Source: a virus
Taxonomy: Duplodnaviria > Caudoviricetes
Strand: one strand, 5' to 3'
Virus record (IMG/VR): IMGVR_UViG_2706795740_000001
Coordinates: 62,342 to 126,341 of that record
Length of the DNA stretch: 64,000 nucleotides
The first letter of the stretch is position 1, and each line of letters begins with the position of its first letter. Made by a program: the position numbers and the translations under genes. The notes under the pieces are model-generated. The model did not search any database, was not told the DNA's origin, and worked only from the letters and a program-made list of their open reading frames with translations. Shown here one piece after another: positions 1-9,243 of the stretch.

Positions 1-30
1 CTTAAACGTTTGCTTTTGAAGCTGATATTT

Positions 31-462
31 TTAGCCTTCTTCCTCTAGCAATGGGTTATATTGTTGACCCTCTTTCTTTCTATTCAGGAGTATATTCCAT
101 TTATCTCCTTCCTTCACTGTCGTAAAAGCGACTTTATTTATGATGTTCTTATCATTAGCGCCCTCACGGCTCCTAAATTTTATTTCAGTGATTACCTCAC
201 ATTTCCCTTCATCTACACATTCACTACTAATTACTTTGAAATATTCCATTGGTGCTTTGACATTAGAGGTTACAAACGCTTCCTTGGTAGGTGGATTATC
301 AGCACTTACCATGCCGTATGCTTCTTCTTCTTTATAATCTTTCAAAGCTTGTAAGTAATTAGATACTAGTGCTTCCTGTGGGGAAGGCTCTTTAGAAGCA
401 CAGCCAGTTAAAGCTAAAGACGCCACTAAGATGGCACTGAAAATACTTTTACAATTTTCCAT
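31..462 (-). CDS. Lipoprotein (moron)
   Basis: Signal peptide with lipobox LTGC; GAGG RBS upstream. Confidence 0.75.
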   Translation of the reverse strand: MENCKSIFSAILVASLALTGCASKEPSPQEALVSNYLQALKDYKEEEAYGMVSADNPPTKEAFVTSNVKAPMEYFKVISSECVDEGKCEVITEIKFRSREGANDKNIINKVAFTTVKEGDKWNILLNRKKEGQQYNPLLEEEG

Positions 463-550
463 TTTTTCACCTCAAAATACTTTTTTTGTAAAAATTGGTA
501 TGGTATAATAATAGTGTATCACACAATAGAAAAATAGAGGTGGGATTTTT

Positions 551-1111
551 ATGAAAAAGGGTATCATGAAAAAGGGTATTGTATCAACAGTTTTAACACT
601 TAGCTTATTAGCTCCGGCGACAGGGGCGTTTGCAGAAGAAAGTCGCAGTAACTATGATTACAACATCGAAGAGAGCTTAAAACTACGAGAGTCTGAAGAT
701 TCTGAAGAAGATGCACTCTTAGATTTAAGAGTGCCATCTGAAAGCAGAGGAATATCTGCACAAGGAATTGATATCTTGTCAGCCTACGGTAAAGTTCTTT
801 TTGAAGCTGATTTTAAAGTCAAAAAGAACTTTCAATTACCTTACACTGTACGTATAAAAGATAGCGATAACGATTCCATACGAATTATGACTGACACAGA
901 GAGATATACCAGTAGTAATGACGAGTTCACAGTCCTATTAGAAGCATATAATGATCGTTCTGAATCTTGGTATATAGTAGACCGTGTAACTTGCAAAGTC
1001 GGTCAAAAAATGTACGAACATTTCTACGACCTCAAAACATATGAAGAGTATCGCTTGACAATAAAAGGTAATGTCCAAGGTACTATCACTGTTTTCCAAC
1101 AAACTAGATAA
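551..1111 (+). CDS. Secreted hypothetical protein (moron)
   Basis: MKK... hydrophobic stretch, AFA cleavage site; GAGGTGG RBS; divergent from the lipoprotein. Confidence 0.75.
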   Translation: MKKGIMKKGIVSTVLTLSLLAPATGAFAEESRSNYDYNIEESLKLRESEDSEEDALLDLRVPSESRGISAQGIDILSAYGKVLFEADFKVKKNFQLPYTVRIKDSDNDSIRIMTDTERYTSSNDEFTVLLEAYNDRSESWYIVDRVTCKVGQKMYEHFYDLKTYEEYRLTIKGNVQGTITVFQQTR

Positions 1112-1118
1112 ATGTAAT

Positions 1119-1148
1119 AGACCGCCAGACAGGGCGGTCTTTATTATT
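1119..1148. terminator. Bidirectional intrinsic terminator
   Basis: AGACCGCC/GGCGGTCT stem between convergent genes, T-rich flank. Confidence 0.75.
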
Positions 1149-1154
1149 CAATGT

Positions 1155-1748
1155 TTAGTTAACTAATTTAACAAGAATTTCTTTGAAAGAAGAGTATTCA
1201 GTTAAGCTATAAGCATCCGCATCTTTGTAAAAGTAGTTTAAACTTAAATCATCAATACTATTCAATCTATTTCTAAGTCCTTGAAGCTCTTCTTCCTTCC
1301 GATTAACTTCAATTCTTATTTTTTCAGCCTCATCATCAGGGATAGAGTAGCAAGTGAAAGAAGCTCTCGGAGACTTACCACTTTGATTGATAAGAATAAC
1401 ATACTCATTATCTTCATCTCTACGAGGGTCATCGTAAAGAAATAATGTTGATAGGCTTCCAAAAAAAGGGTAAGAAGCTTCATATGTAACTAGAGAATAG
1501 GATAAATTATGGTACGTAGCTTCAATAATTTTTTTCTTATATCTAACACCGTCAGAAACTTCTACTTCATTTTTAGTAGAAGTCGAAAATCCTAAAGAGT
1601 GAAAGTATTCCTCAAACTCTTTGTTTGCCATTTCAATACTTTTTTCAATTTTCGGAAGCCTTTTCTTTGAAATTTCTGCGTATGCGTCCTCAATTTGTTT
1701 CTTTAAGTCTTCCAATTCCATTTTCAATTTTAACATAATCTCGACCAC
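1155..1748 (-). CDS. Hypothetical coiled-coil protein
   Basis: 197-aa ORF, no recognised motif. Confidence 0.6.
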   Translation of the reverse strand: MVEIMLKLKMELEDLKKQIEDAYAEISKKRLPKIEKSIEMANKEFEEYFHSLGFSTSTKNEVEVSDGVRYKKKIIEATYHNLSYSLVTYEASYPFFGSLSTLFLYDDPRRDEDNEYVILINQSGKSPRASFTCYSIPDDEAEKIRIEVNRKEEELQGLRNRLNSIDDLSLNYFYKDADAYSLTEYSSFKEILVKLVN

Positions 1749-1900
1749 CTTCTATATATTGTTGTTAGAGTCTAAGTAGACACTACATATTGATTTAAGT
1801 GTATCATATATTCCAAAGTATGTAAACTTTATTGATATAATATTTGTATTTGTTTACATAATTAATATTATGTACATTGACCGTGTGCTTTACTTTTATA

Positions 1901-1928
1901 AGTTTACATAATCTTTATTATCGGACTC
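1901..1928 (-). other. dif-like Xer recombination site
   Basis: Minus strand GAGTCCGATAA-TAAAGA-TTATGTAAACT; 11-6-11 layout with right arm identical to the Bacillus dif TTATGTAAACT arm. Confidence 0.7.
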
Positions 1929-2048
1929 ATCGAAATGTTCACTAAAAAAAGAAATAGACCACATAGCTGTGGTCTACTCTTTAGGTGTTTTCGCTTTGTT
2001 GATTGGTTACTTTTAGTTTAGCACAATATCCTTTATAAAGCTATCAAA

Positions 2049-2849
2049 TTACTCATCGAGGGCTTTCAATGCCAAAATAGCTGTTTCTATTTGCCTATCA
2101 TCAGGCTCGGCGGTTGAAATGTACTTTTGAACAAAGCCGCCCAAGGCTAAGAATGGTTTTGAAATAATATTACCCTCAAGCCTAAAAATCTCATAACTTA
2201 ATGATAAACTCAATAACAGATTCAAAAGTGGCATGTATGGAAACAAAATCATTAATATGATTAATACGACTACTGCCATAGCTATGAGGTTAGTGCCACA
2301 ATTATCGGATACTCGACTCATCTTCCTTACATTATCAACTGTTAAATCTACACCGGCACTAAAAGCGTTATACGCCATATGCTCTGCCCCATGATACCTA
2401 GACAGCTTGCTAAATCTTATTACCGCCAAGCCAACAAATAATACAATGAATAGACTTAATATAATGAAATAGACAATATAGTTAAGGGAAATGGGAATCA
2501 TTATTTTAATTTCTGGATGGGTTTCTGGAAACCATTTACCTATGATAAATATATAAGCCCACATGCAGGCGACAATACTATAGAATATTCGTATTTTTCT
2601 TTCTGCCAGTATTAACTGCCCCATGACAGCTAGCCCCATGACAGCTAGCCCTCTAATAAAAGGGATTCTTTCAAAGAAACTTAAAAAGTGTACTCTTTGT
2701 TCGATTCTCTTTTTACGTTTCACTTCTATTGCACCGCTTGAGGATAGTGTAGCTTTTGAAACATAGTGGTCACTAAAAAACATGACACCGTTCAAGCTTG
2801 CTCTGCCCCCGTTTATGTCTGTTGGTAATAGCATTCTATCAAACCTCAC
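2049..2849 (-). CDS. DUF1385/YqhQ-like membrane protein
   Basis: GG.A..NGVM start, IPFIRG, YHGAEH, SRV...CGTN, TAEPDDRQIE motifs; several TM helices. Confidence 0.85.
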   Translation of the reverse strand: MRFDRMLLPTDINGGRASLNGVMFFSDHYVSKATLSSSGAIEVKRKKRIEQRVHFLSFFERIPFIRGLAVMGLAVMGQLILAERKIRIFYSIVACMWAYIFIIGKWFPETHPEIKIMIPISLNYIVYFIILSLFIVLFVGLAVIRFSKLSRYHGAEHMAYNAFSAGVDLTVDNVRKMSRVSDNCGTNLIAMAVVVLIILMILFPYMPLLNLLLSLSLSYEIFRLEGNIISKPFLALGGFVQKYISTAEPDDRQIETAILALKALDE

Positions 2850-3002
2850 TCTTATTATGAATAATACAGTATAAATGGAACGATCACTGTAATTGTACCA
2901 AAGGTATTATACTATATAGTATACCATTAATTCCCACAGAAAAGAGCTTTTCATAGGCACTCTGTGATATAATTTAGAAAGAAAAACTTGGGAGTTGAAC
3001 AT

Positions 3003-3557
3003 ATGCCGCCTATATGGAAAAGAAGCCCTGTTAATGAAAATCCGTTGGGTTACCGTAAGCACGAAGTACCCGCTGAACGCATTGACCAAATTCAAGAATA
3101 TTTAATCAGTAACACTTTAAGAGTTTACTGTGACACCTCTTACAGACAAAATGAAGGAATATATGGGGTGGCAAGTTCATTTGTTGGATTCAACTCGGTG
3201 ATTGTACATGATGATAAAATCTATTCAAAGTTGGTTGCTCACTCCATCTTTGGGGAACTTTGTGCTTTGAAGCTCGCACTTCTGAAACTACCGAAACATG
3301 TTACAAATATACAACGGCCGGATGGGGTAATTCTATTTTCTGACCACGATAAGATTCAATACATCTTAGAAAACAGTGTACGTAAGTATAAAGTGATAAT
3401 AGACCCGATTATCACTGAAATCAATTCTCTCCTGCACCAATTAAAGGTGTCACTTAATGTAGATATAGAGATTCGATACCTTGGGGCGGATAAAAGGCAC
3501 AATCCGTTTTACAAGTCGGCACATAATGCTTCCAGAAAAGCTATCGGAATATTATAG
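3003..3557 (+). CDS. RNase H-like protein
   Basis: VYCDTS...GELCAL...LFSDH gives a D-E-D triad; ATG 3003 follows GGGAG RBS. Confidence 0.65.
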   Translation: MPPIWKRSPVNENPLGYRKHEVPAERIDQIQEYLISNTLRVYCDTSYRQNEGIYGVASSFVGFNSVIVHDDKIYSKLVAHSIFGELCALKLALLKLPKHVTNIQRPDGVILFSDHDKIQYILENSVRKYKVIIDPIITEINSLLHQLKVSLNVDIEIRYLGADKRHNPFYKSAHNASRKAIGIL

Positions 3558-3640
3558 CTACCACTAATTCAAAATTAATGGCATTTGTAATACCAAATAT
3601 GGATGGATATAATAGAGTGGGTTGTAGGTGAATTACAAAT

Positions 3641-3688
3641 AAGAATAAGACCTTCCTTAGTCTGCAAATTAGGGAAGGTCTTATTCTT
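3641..3688. terminator. Bidirectional terminator hairpin
   Basis: AAGAATAAGACCTTCC...GGAAGGTCTTATTCTT inverted repeat between convergent genes. Confidence 0.8.
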
Positions 3689-3759
3689 TAATACTCATGT
3701 TTGGCATGTTCATTTTAGTTCTGTTTAGACCTCCCTTGAGCTGACAACCTGGGGGAAGT

Positions 3760-4284
3760 CTATTTCTTCAGCAAGTCTTTTTTGAGCCGCCCCTTGGCTA
3801 CGTATTGAGATTCTCCATGTAATCTAGCATATTTGATCATGGTGTTGTAAATAGTTAATCTTACTTCACTGCTTTCAAAAGTTCCAGCAATTTCTATCAA
3901 GTTCTGCAACAACTCGTTGGTACTTTTTTTGGAGTTTTCAAGAAATTTCATTGCTACTTTTTCTATCAGCGAGAGATTTGAAAACTCAGCAACCTCAGTC
4001 AAGAAGTCGTTTAGAATTGCATTTCGATGCTCAAGTTCAATATAGCATTCGATGACTTCCTCATAAGGCATCCCTAGCACATCTGCGATAGGTTTTATAT
4101 ACTTCATTCTAGGGCTTTTTATCTCACCTGTTTCTATTTTCGATATAGTGCTTTTAGGGACTCCAGAGATTCTCCCTAATTCCGATAAGCCGACCTCCTT
4201 CTCTTCCCTTTTCTTTCTTATCAGTTCGCCTATTGTTGTGTAGTTTAGGTTGTGATCCATGCCGATCTCCTTTCGAATCTTCAC
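3760..4284 (-). CDS. XRE/HTH_3 transcriptional regulator, probably C-terminally truncated
   Basis: IGELIRKKRE...LSELGRISGVPKSTISKIETG HTH; ends abruptly after YVAKG. Confidence 0.75.
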   Translation of the reverse strand: MKIRKEIGMDHNLNYTTIGELIRKKREEKEVGLSELGRISGVPKSTISKIETGEIKSPRMKYIKPIADVLGMPYEEVIECYIELEHRNAILNDFLTEVAEFSNLSLIEKVAMKFLENSKKSTNELLQNLIEIAGTFESSEVRLTIYNTMIKYARLHGESQYVAKGRLKKDLLKK

Positions 4285-4484
4285 ATATTTCTTTGTAATC
4301 TTTTATCAAGCTTAACTTTATATTGACATTAATGTATAATTATGTAAATGTCAATAAAAATTAATAGATTGATTTACTTTTCTTTATTTAAACCTAATTA
4401 ATATATTAATATACAAATACCGCATTATCATATATGCCCTTAAATATAAAAGAGACTACCTTCTTCAAGGTAGCCTTCTCCATC

Positions 4485-4622
4485 TTACTGTTCGCCGTAG
4501 AAACATTGTCGGCAGAAATATTCAATATCTCCTTTAGCATCTAGGGTTTCTTGGATATCTACCTCATCTTCATGGTTTCCGCATTGAATGCAGACGATGG
4601 TTTTAATAGTTCTATACGGCAT
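4485..4622 (-). CDS. Small Zn-ribbon protein (45 aa, not in ORF track)
   Basis: MPYRTIKTIVCIQCGNH...FCRQCFYGEQ; two CxxC; GGAGG RBS. Confidence 0.6.
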   Translation of the reverse strand: MPYRTIKTIVCIQCGNHEDEVDIQETLDAKGDIEYFCRQCFYGEQ

Positions 4623-4633
4623 ATAGTTACCTC

Positions 4634-5248
4634 CTAGTATCGTGTTACGGTAGCGTAGGCGGGGATAAATTTGAGCGGTCGTTCTGTGCTTTCGATAGCA
4701 TGATTACGGTAAGAAAGGTTTCTTTCTTCGGCAATAGGTATAAACTTAGCCAGTAACTTGCGTGTCATCTCCACATCCTTGGTCGCTTTATGATGGCCTT
4801 CTGCGTCATAGAAACCATGACGCTTTGCTACGTCCTCTAAAGAAGCCTTTTCATTTGGCTCAACTAGCCTACTCAGTACCCGCGTACAAATAAACTTATG
4901 TGGGTACAGGCCATAGTTGTGTAAGAAGCCGAAGTCAAATGGCGTGTGGTGGGATACAACAATCGGCTCAAGCTCATTATCGTTGTTGTTGTAAATGAAC
5001 TCCCACAAGCCTTTAATGGCATGTCCCTCAGATATGCCGTTCCTATTCAAGAACTCATCAGTAAGGCCAGTTAGATTTTTAACTAATGTCGATAGTGATC
5101 GGCCATTTTCTAATTGTACATAAGCATGATATGAGCCTATAACATTGAAATCAGGGCTAACTCGGATAGCCGCAATCTCTGTTACTTGCTCTATATCATA
5201 ATCTAATCCTGTAGTTTCAAAGTCGATAATGACGTAGTTGGGTCTCAT
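4634..5248 (-). CDS. DEDDh 3'-5' exonuclease (DnaQ/PolC-exo-like)
   Basis: IDFETTG, H..PFDFGFL, HKATKDV motifs. Confidence 0.9.
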   Translation of the reverse strand: MRPNYVIIDFETTGLDYDIEQVTEIAAIRVSPDFNVIGSYHAYVQLENGRSLSTLVKNLTGLTDEFLNRNGISEGHAIKGLWEFIYNNNDNELEPIVVSHHTPFDFGFLHNYGLYPHKFICTRVLSRLVEPNEKASLEDVAKRHGFYDAEGHHKATKDVEMTRKLLAKFIPIAEERNLSYRNHAIESTERPLKFIPAYATVTRY

Positions 5249-5249
5249 G

Positions 5250-5549
5250 CTATACCTCCATTAGATAGGTTTTAATGTAATCTTCAAGTTGATCAAGCCA
5301 GCTATCTATCGCTTTCTTCGCTAGAGCACTGCTGAAGCGTCCCAATTCTTTTTCGTCATACATGACCACTACCGTAGGAATGAACTTGATTTCAGAACTA
5401 AGGGAAGGTGCATGCTCAATCTTCTCGACCTTGACATGGCATCTCTCTTTGGCAATCTTGTCGATTGTCTTATCAATCCTACGGCAGTGGCCGCACGACT
5501 TGCTGTAGTAAAGCTTAAGTGTTAAGGGCTTGGTCAACATGGGCGGCAA
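5250..5549 (-). CDS. Thioredoxin-like protein
   Basis: CGHC and IPT motifs. Confidence 0.8.
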   Translation of the reverse strand: MPPMLTKPLTLKLYYSKSCGHCRRIDKTIDKIAKERCHVKVEKIEHAPSLSSEIKFIPTVVVMYDEKELGRFSSALAKKAIDSWLDQLEDYIKTYLMEV

Positions 5550-5775
5550 TGACAGCTTCAGGCTGATCGCCTACAAAGCGGCCAACCTCCACCTCAGCCT
5601 TTACCAGCACTACTGTGGGGACGCTCATTACACTATGCTTCTCTGCAAGGCTAGGGTTCTGCTCAATATCAATTTCCTCGATAGTAAGACCACGTGCTTC
5701 AGCGATTTTTTCCAGCTTTAGAGTAAGTTGCTTGCATGGACTGCACCGCGTATCCAAAAAATTCAAGACTTGCAT
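5515..5775 (-). CDS. Thioredoxin
   Basis: CSPC active site, VMSVPT cis-Pro motif. Confidence 0.85.
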   Translation of the reverse strand: MQVLNFLDTRCSPCKQLTLKLEKIAEARGLTIEEIDIEQNPSLAEKHSVMSVPTVVLVKAEVEVGRFVGDQPEAVIAAHVDQALNT

Positions 5776-5821
5776 TTGATAGTACCTCCGATTGGTAAAA
5801 TAAAAGGGGCAATTTGCCCCT

Positions 5822-6088
5822 TTAAAAATTGTTGAAAGCGTCTGTGAATGCTTGAAGGTCTGTAAGTTCAGACTCTTTCACATCTATTCGAACTTTGTTC
5901 GTACTTGTCGGGGCGAAGATTTCAACAGTGTATGTGATGATGTCTGTTCCGGCTTCGTCTATATCAGGTACAATATGCTTAATAGAGACAATTTTCACGA
6001 TATAGAACACCTTACGACTGCTTGTCTCATTTGATACAATCGCCTTATCTCCTACACTGAACTTAGTGCTTACAATAATGTCGGCCAT
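5822..6088 (-). CDS. Hypothetical SH3/KOW-like protein
   Basis: KFSVGDK start; coupled to upstream gene. Confidence 0.55.
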   Translation of the reverse strand: MADIIVSTKFSVGDKAIVSNETSSRKVFYIVKIVSIKHIVPDIDEAGTDIITYTVEIFAPTSTNKVRIDVKESELTDLQAFTDAFNNF

Positions 6089-6432
6089 TACTTGGATGCC
6101 TCCTCCATATCTTGAGTAGCTGTATGCAAGTTGTCTACTAGTTTCAATGCAGTGTTAACTTGGTTGACTTGGCCTGCAAACTCATTGCGGCGGGCTTTAG
6201 CTTTAGCAAGAATGCTTTCGTGAACCCGAATGATTTCTTCAGCATCAGCTTCAATATCTTCCATAGTTGCCACACCGTTTTGAAGGCGATACTGCAACCC
6301 CAACAGTGCGTCCTTTGTATCAGCAACTTCAACTTCAGCCCAATGTAGTTTTTCGACCAACTCAGCCATTGTCAAACTCTCGATGACCACTTTCTTACTA
6401 AAGACACCCCTAAAAACATTTGCAATTTTCAT
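6088..6432 (-). CDS. Hypothetical coiled-coil protein
   Basis: ATG 6432 with GGGGG RBS, downstream of the phage promoter at 6473. Confidence 0.6.
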   Translation of the reverse strand: MKIANVFRGVFSKKVVIESLTMAELVEKLHWAEVEVADTKDALLGLQYRLQNGVATMEDIEADAEEIIRVHESILAKAKARRNEFAGQVNQVNTALKLVDNLHTATQDMEEASK

Positions 6433-6519
6433 TAAATAATCCCCCGTTCTGGTTAGTTTATCCCTCATTTTTTATGGTCGAACTAACATATTGATAAGTT
6501 GCACCTGCTGTGGTACGCT

Positions 6520-7476
6520 CTACATACTGGATTGTTGAATCGCTTTCTGTCGAATGTAGTACAAGACTCTTGTAGTGTACTGGCTAGTGGCATAGCCGCA
6601 CACTTCAAGTAACTCAACAATGTCTTCAATACACATGAGTTCATTGCGCTCTTTTGTCTCCTGAGCAATGAGATTGATCTCTTTCTCATACTTGGAAGCG
6701 ATTCTTCCTTTGTCTTCACTAGTATTAGTTTCCTTGGCCACCAGCTTATTGCGAATACGGGCCAAGGTTCTATTGACTGTCATTGGATAGACCTTAAGGC
6801 GTTCGGCTATTTGTGTGTTGTTAGCTTCATCCATGACAAGCCGCATGACTTGCCTCTCAAAGTCTGTGAACATAGGGTCAGCCAAGAGTTGTTGGATGTA
6901 TACCCTATTAGTTACATCTTCTTCTATGTTCTTGTCTGGGGTATCGACAATGTCAAAGTTTACAATAGCGTCAAAGTGTTCTAATTCATCACTAAATCGG
7001 GCTATCTCTCTGTAACGTTCAACAGAAATCTTTAGTAGCTCTGACATCTCATCCTCGTTGGGGCGATATCCCAAAGTGTCCTCAATCTCCACCATTCTCT
7101 TGATGAGTTCAACAGCACCGCGACTTAATCGAACTGTTCTTGAGTCGCTGTAAAGAAGCTGATTGATTTCCCATAGGATTGGTCGCACAACAAATGTCGT
7201 GAACTTAATGCCCCTATTAAAGTCGAATTCCTGAAGGGCAGTTAGGATACCGATGTAAGCATGTTGCAAAAGCTCATCCTCTGATACCCTGAATTTTGCT
7301 TTCAGTTCTTCTATGCTTCCTTTGAAGTGCATGATAATAGAGAAGACAAAGTCTTTGTTCTCTTTTAAAAACTCACCAAGCAACTCCTTATCGGCTTTAC
7401 ATGCCCTGATAAGTTCCATGTTGTGCATATCAGGTATTTCTTCTTTTCTGAGTTGCAGGTAGTTGTTACTTAGCAC
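6520..7476 (-). CDS. RNA polymerase sigma factor (SigB/F/G-like) with C-terminal extension
   Basis: ELLQHAYIGIL..FDFNRGIKFTTF..ILWEI region 2, region 3 LGYRP, region 4 HTH. Confidence 0.85.
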   Translation of the reverse strand: MLSNNYLQLRKEEIPDMHNMELIRACKADKELLGEFLKENKDFVFSIIMHFKGSIEELKAKFRVSEDELLQHAYIGILTALQEFDFNRGIKFTTFVVRPILWEINQLLYSDSRTVRLSRGAVELIKRMVEIEDTLGYRPNEDEMSELLKISVERYREIARFSDELEHFDAIVNFDIVDTPDKNIEEDVTNRVYIQQLLADPMFTDFERQVMRLVMDEANNTQIAERLKVYPMTVNRTLARIRNKLVAKETNTSEDKGRIASKYEKEINLIAQETKERNELMCIEDIVELLEVCGYATSQYTTRVLYYIRQKAIQQSSM

Positions 7477-7478
7477 AC

Positions 7479-8075
7479 TTACTTCACCTCGAACTTTCTG
7501 TCTTGTCTGACTACCTTCAGAAAGTCCACAACCTCCCCATTCTGAGTAACTACAGCACCGTCACCAGTCACAGTCAAAGTCTTCTTGAAGTCTCCCCACT
7601 TTAGCTTAGGTTCTTGGGGTTCTACAAAACCACTGGCTTCCATGAACGCTTTATAGTTTGCTTCGTCTTTAATCTCAAAGCTTACTTGCGGTTGTGTAGA
7701 TTTAAGAGTCACGCCATAAGGGAGTTTAATAGAATTGAGTTTCTTTTGAGCTTTTTCATTAGGTGCGCTGTTGTATTCAGAGACATGGAAAGCCTTGAGC
7801 AATCCTGACATGTATTCAACTTTGGACTCAAGCGGACTCATCAAGGAATCGCGCCATTCTTCTACCTGCCGTATCTTGGCAGACCATTTCTCAATCTCCT
7901 GTTGAGCCAACCTACTAATCTCTTCAATTTCCTTTCTGGTCTCAGACAGCCCATAGGCGTAGCGAACCGCATCCTCCATTGTTTCGATTTTTCGTTGCAC
8001 GCCTTGAGCTAGATCATGCTCAATTTCCTGAGATAATGTGTCATCCTCAAGTACAGGAGTACTAACAATACTCAT
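7479..8075 (-). CDS. Mu Gam-like host-nuclease inhibitor
   Basis: Long coiled coil followed by SIKLPYGV.LK and KLKWGDFKK motifs. Confidence 0.7.
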   Translation of the reverse strand: MSIVSTPVLEDDTLSQEIEHDLAQGVQRKIETMEDAVRYAYGLSETRKEIEEISRLAQQEIEKWSAKIRQVEEWRDSLMSPLESKVEYMSGLLKAFHVSEYNSAPNEKAQKKLNSIKLPYGVTLKSTQPQVSFEIKDEANYKAFMEASGFVEPQEPKLKWGDFKKTLTVTGDGAVVTQNGEVVDFLKVVRQDRKFEVK

Positions 8076-8190
8076 TAAGTCAATCCCCTTTCCGTCTACA
8101 GTTTAATTCCTTACACTATCTATGGTCGGAGCATGGTGAACTAGAGTTGCGTGAGCAAAATAAAGACCCCTATCACAAGGGGCCATTCGA

Positions 8191-8532
8191 TTACTTGAGC
8201 GGATATTTAATGAGGCCTTCCTTAAGGCGCTCCTTTGCCGAGTTAGAAGGTTTAATTGTTACAGCGCGATAAGGCTCGATGGTCATAGGCTCTCCCGATT
8301 GTGGGTTTTTCACGTGCTTTGCCTTATAATCGCGTGGCTCGAAGTTAAAGTTGTTAATTAAGTAGACTTTATTGCCTTTAACAAGATTATCAAGAATACT
8401 ATCCAAACCTTTTCGCATAACACGCTCCACATCGTTAAGATGTATCTCGTTTAGTGCAGAGTTCTGGCATGCTTCCTCCTTTAGGGCTTCGGTTGTCTCA
8501 CGAACGATATCTTTAAGAAATTTTTTATTCAT
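8191..8532 (-). CDS. HU/IHF-like DNA-binding protein
   Basis: G.KV.L..F.F...KNPQSGEPMTI...IKPS pattern. Confidence 0.85.
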   Translation of the reverse strand: MNKKFLKDIVRETTEALKEEACQNSALNEIHLNDVERVMRKGLDSILDNLVKGNKVYLINNFNFEPRDYKAKHVKNPQSGEPMTIEPYRAVTIKPSNSAKERLKEGLIKYPLK

Positions 8533-8607
8533 AACCAGTACTTCCTTTCCTTAATGTGCTATACCCAATATAAGGAAGCGTCTTGGTTTCTTAACAGTAT
8601 TGTGTAA

Positions 8608-9240
8608 TTATCTGTCGATTGTCGCTAATGCTTTCTTCACTAACGTTAAATACCTTGTGTTGTATGTTCCCCTAGACACGTTACCCTCTCCTTGGTTATA
8701 AGCAACAATGCCCAAGTCCTTCCCGAAACGCTTCTGATTGTAGGCTAGGTACTTACAACCAATCTCTATGCTAACTCTTGGATTTTTCCGATCTCCCTTG
8801 ATTCCCATGTACTCTTGGGTCTTGGGGCGGACTTGCAACAAACCTACATCATTGGCCCTTCCTACCAAGTTAGGGTTGAATGTTCTACCTGTTTCGACTT
8901 GAATCATAGCCAAGATAGTATACGGGTCAACCCCGTAGGCTTCGCTGTACTTCAGGATAAAAGAAGCCCACTCTTTTGCAGTACCCTTAGCTACTTTGTG
9001 TTTGACTAAATGATTGGCAATATTCTGTTCAATGGCGGGTATTTGCTTTACAGGCGCAGGTTTTGGCTGAACCACTGCCTCTTGAATAGCCTTCGGGCTT
9101 TCCTTTTCATTCCCCCTAGAAACTAGCGGCCCTACCTTGAGTACACTTTTTGTCGCCGTAGCCTGAGGTTTGACCTCTTCTTGCGGGGAGCAAGCAGTAA
9201 TTGTCATGGCAATAGCCACTGTCGTCATTAATTTTTTCAT
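8608..9240 (-). CDS. Lytic transglycosylase (SLT) lipoprotein
   Basis: Lipobox ITAC; AMIQVET catalytic Glu, GLLQV, AYNQG. Confidence 0.9.
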   Translation of the reverse strand: MKKLMTTVAIAMTITACSPQEEVKPQATATKSVLKVGPLVSRGNEKESPKAIQEAVVQPKPAPVKQIPAIEQNIANHLVKHKVAKGTAKEWASFILKYSEAYGVDPYTILAMIQVETGRTFNPNLVGRANDVGLLQVRPKTQEYMGIKGDRKNPRVSIEIGCKYLAYNQKRFGKDLGIVAYNQGEGNVSRGTYNTRYLTLVKKALATIDR

Positions 9241-9243
9241 TTA

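Noticed and set aside
4322-4355. Another dif-like site (TTATGTAAATG)
   Set aside because: Spacer would be 7 nt and the left arm is poor; better explained as a TTGACATT/AATGTCAA promoter palindrome of the XRE gene
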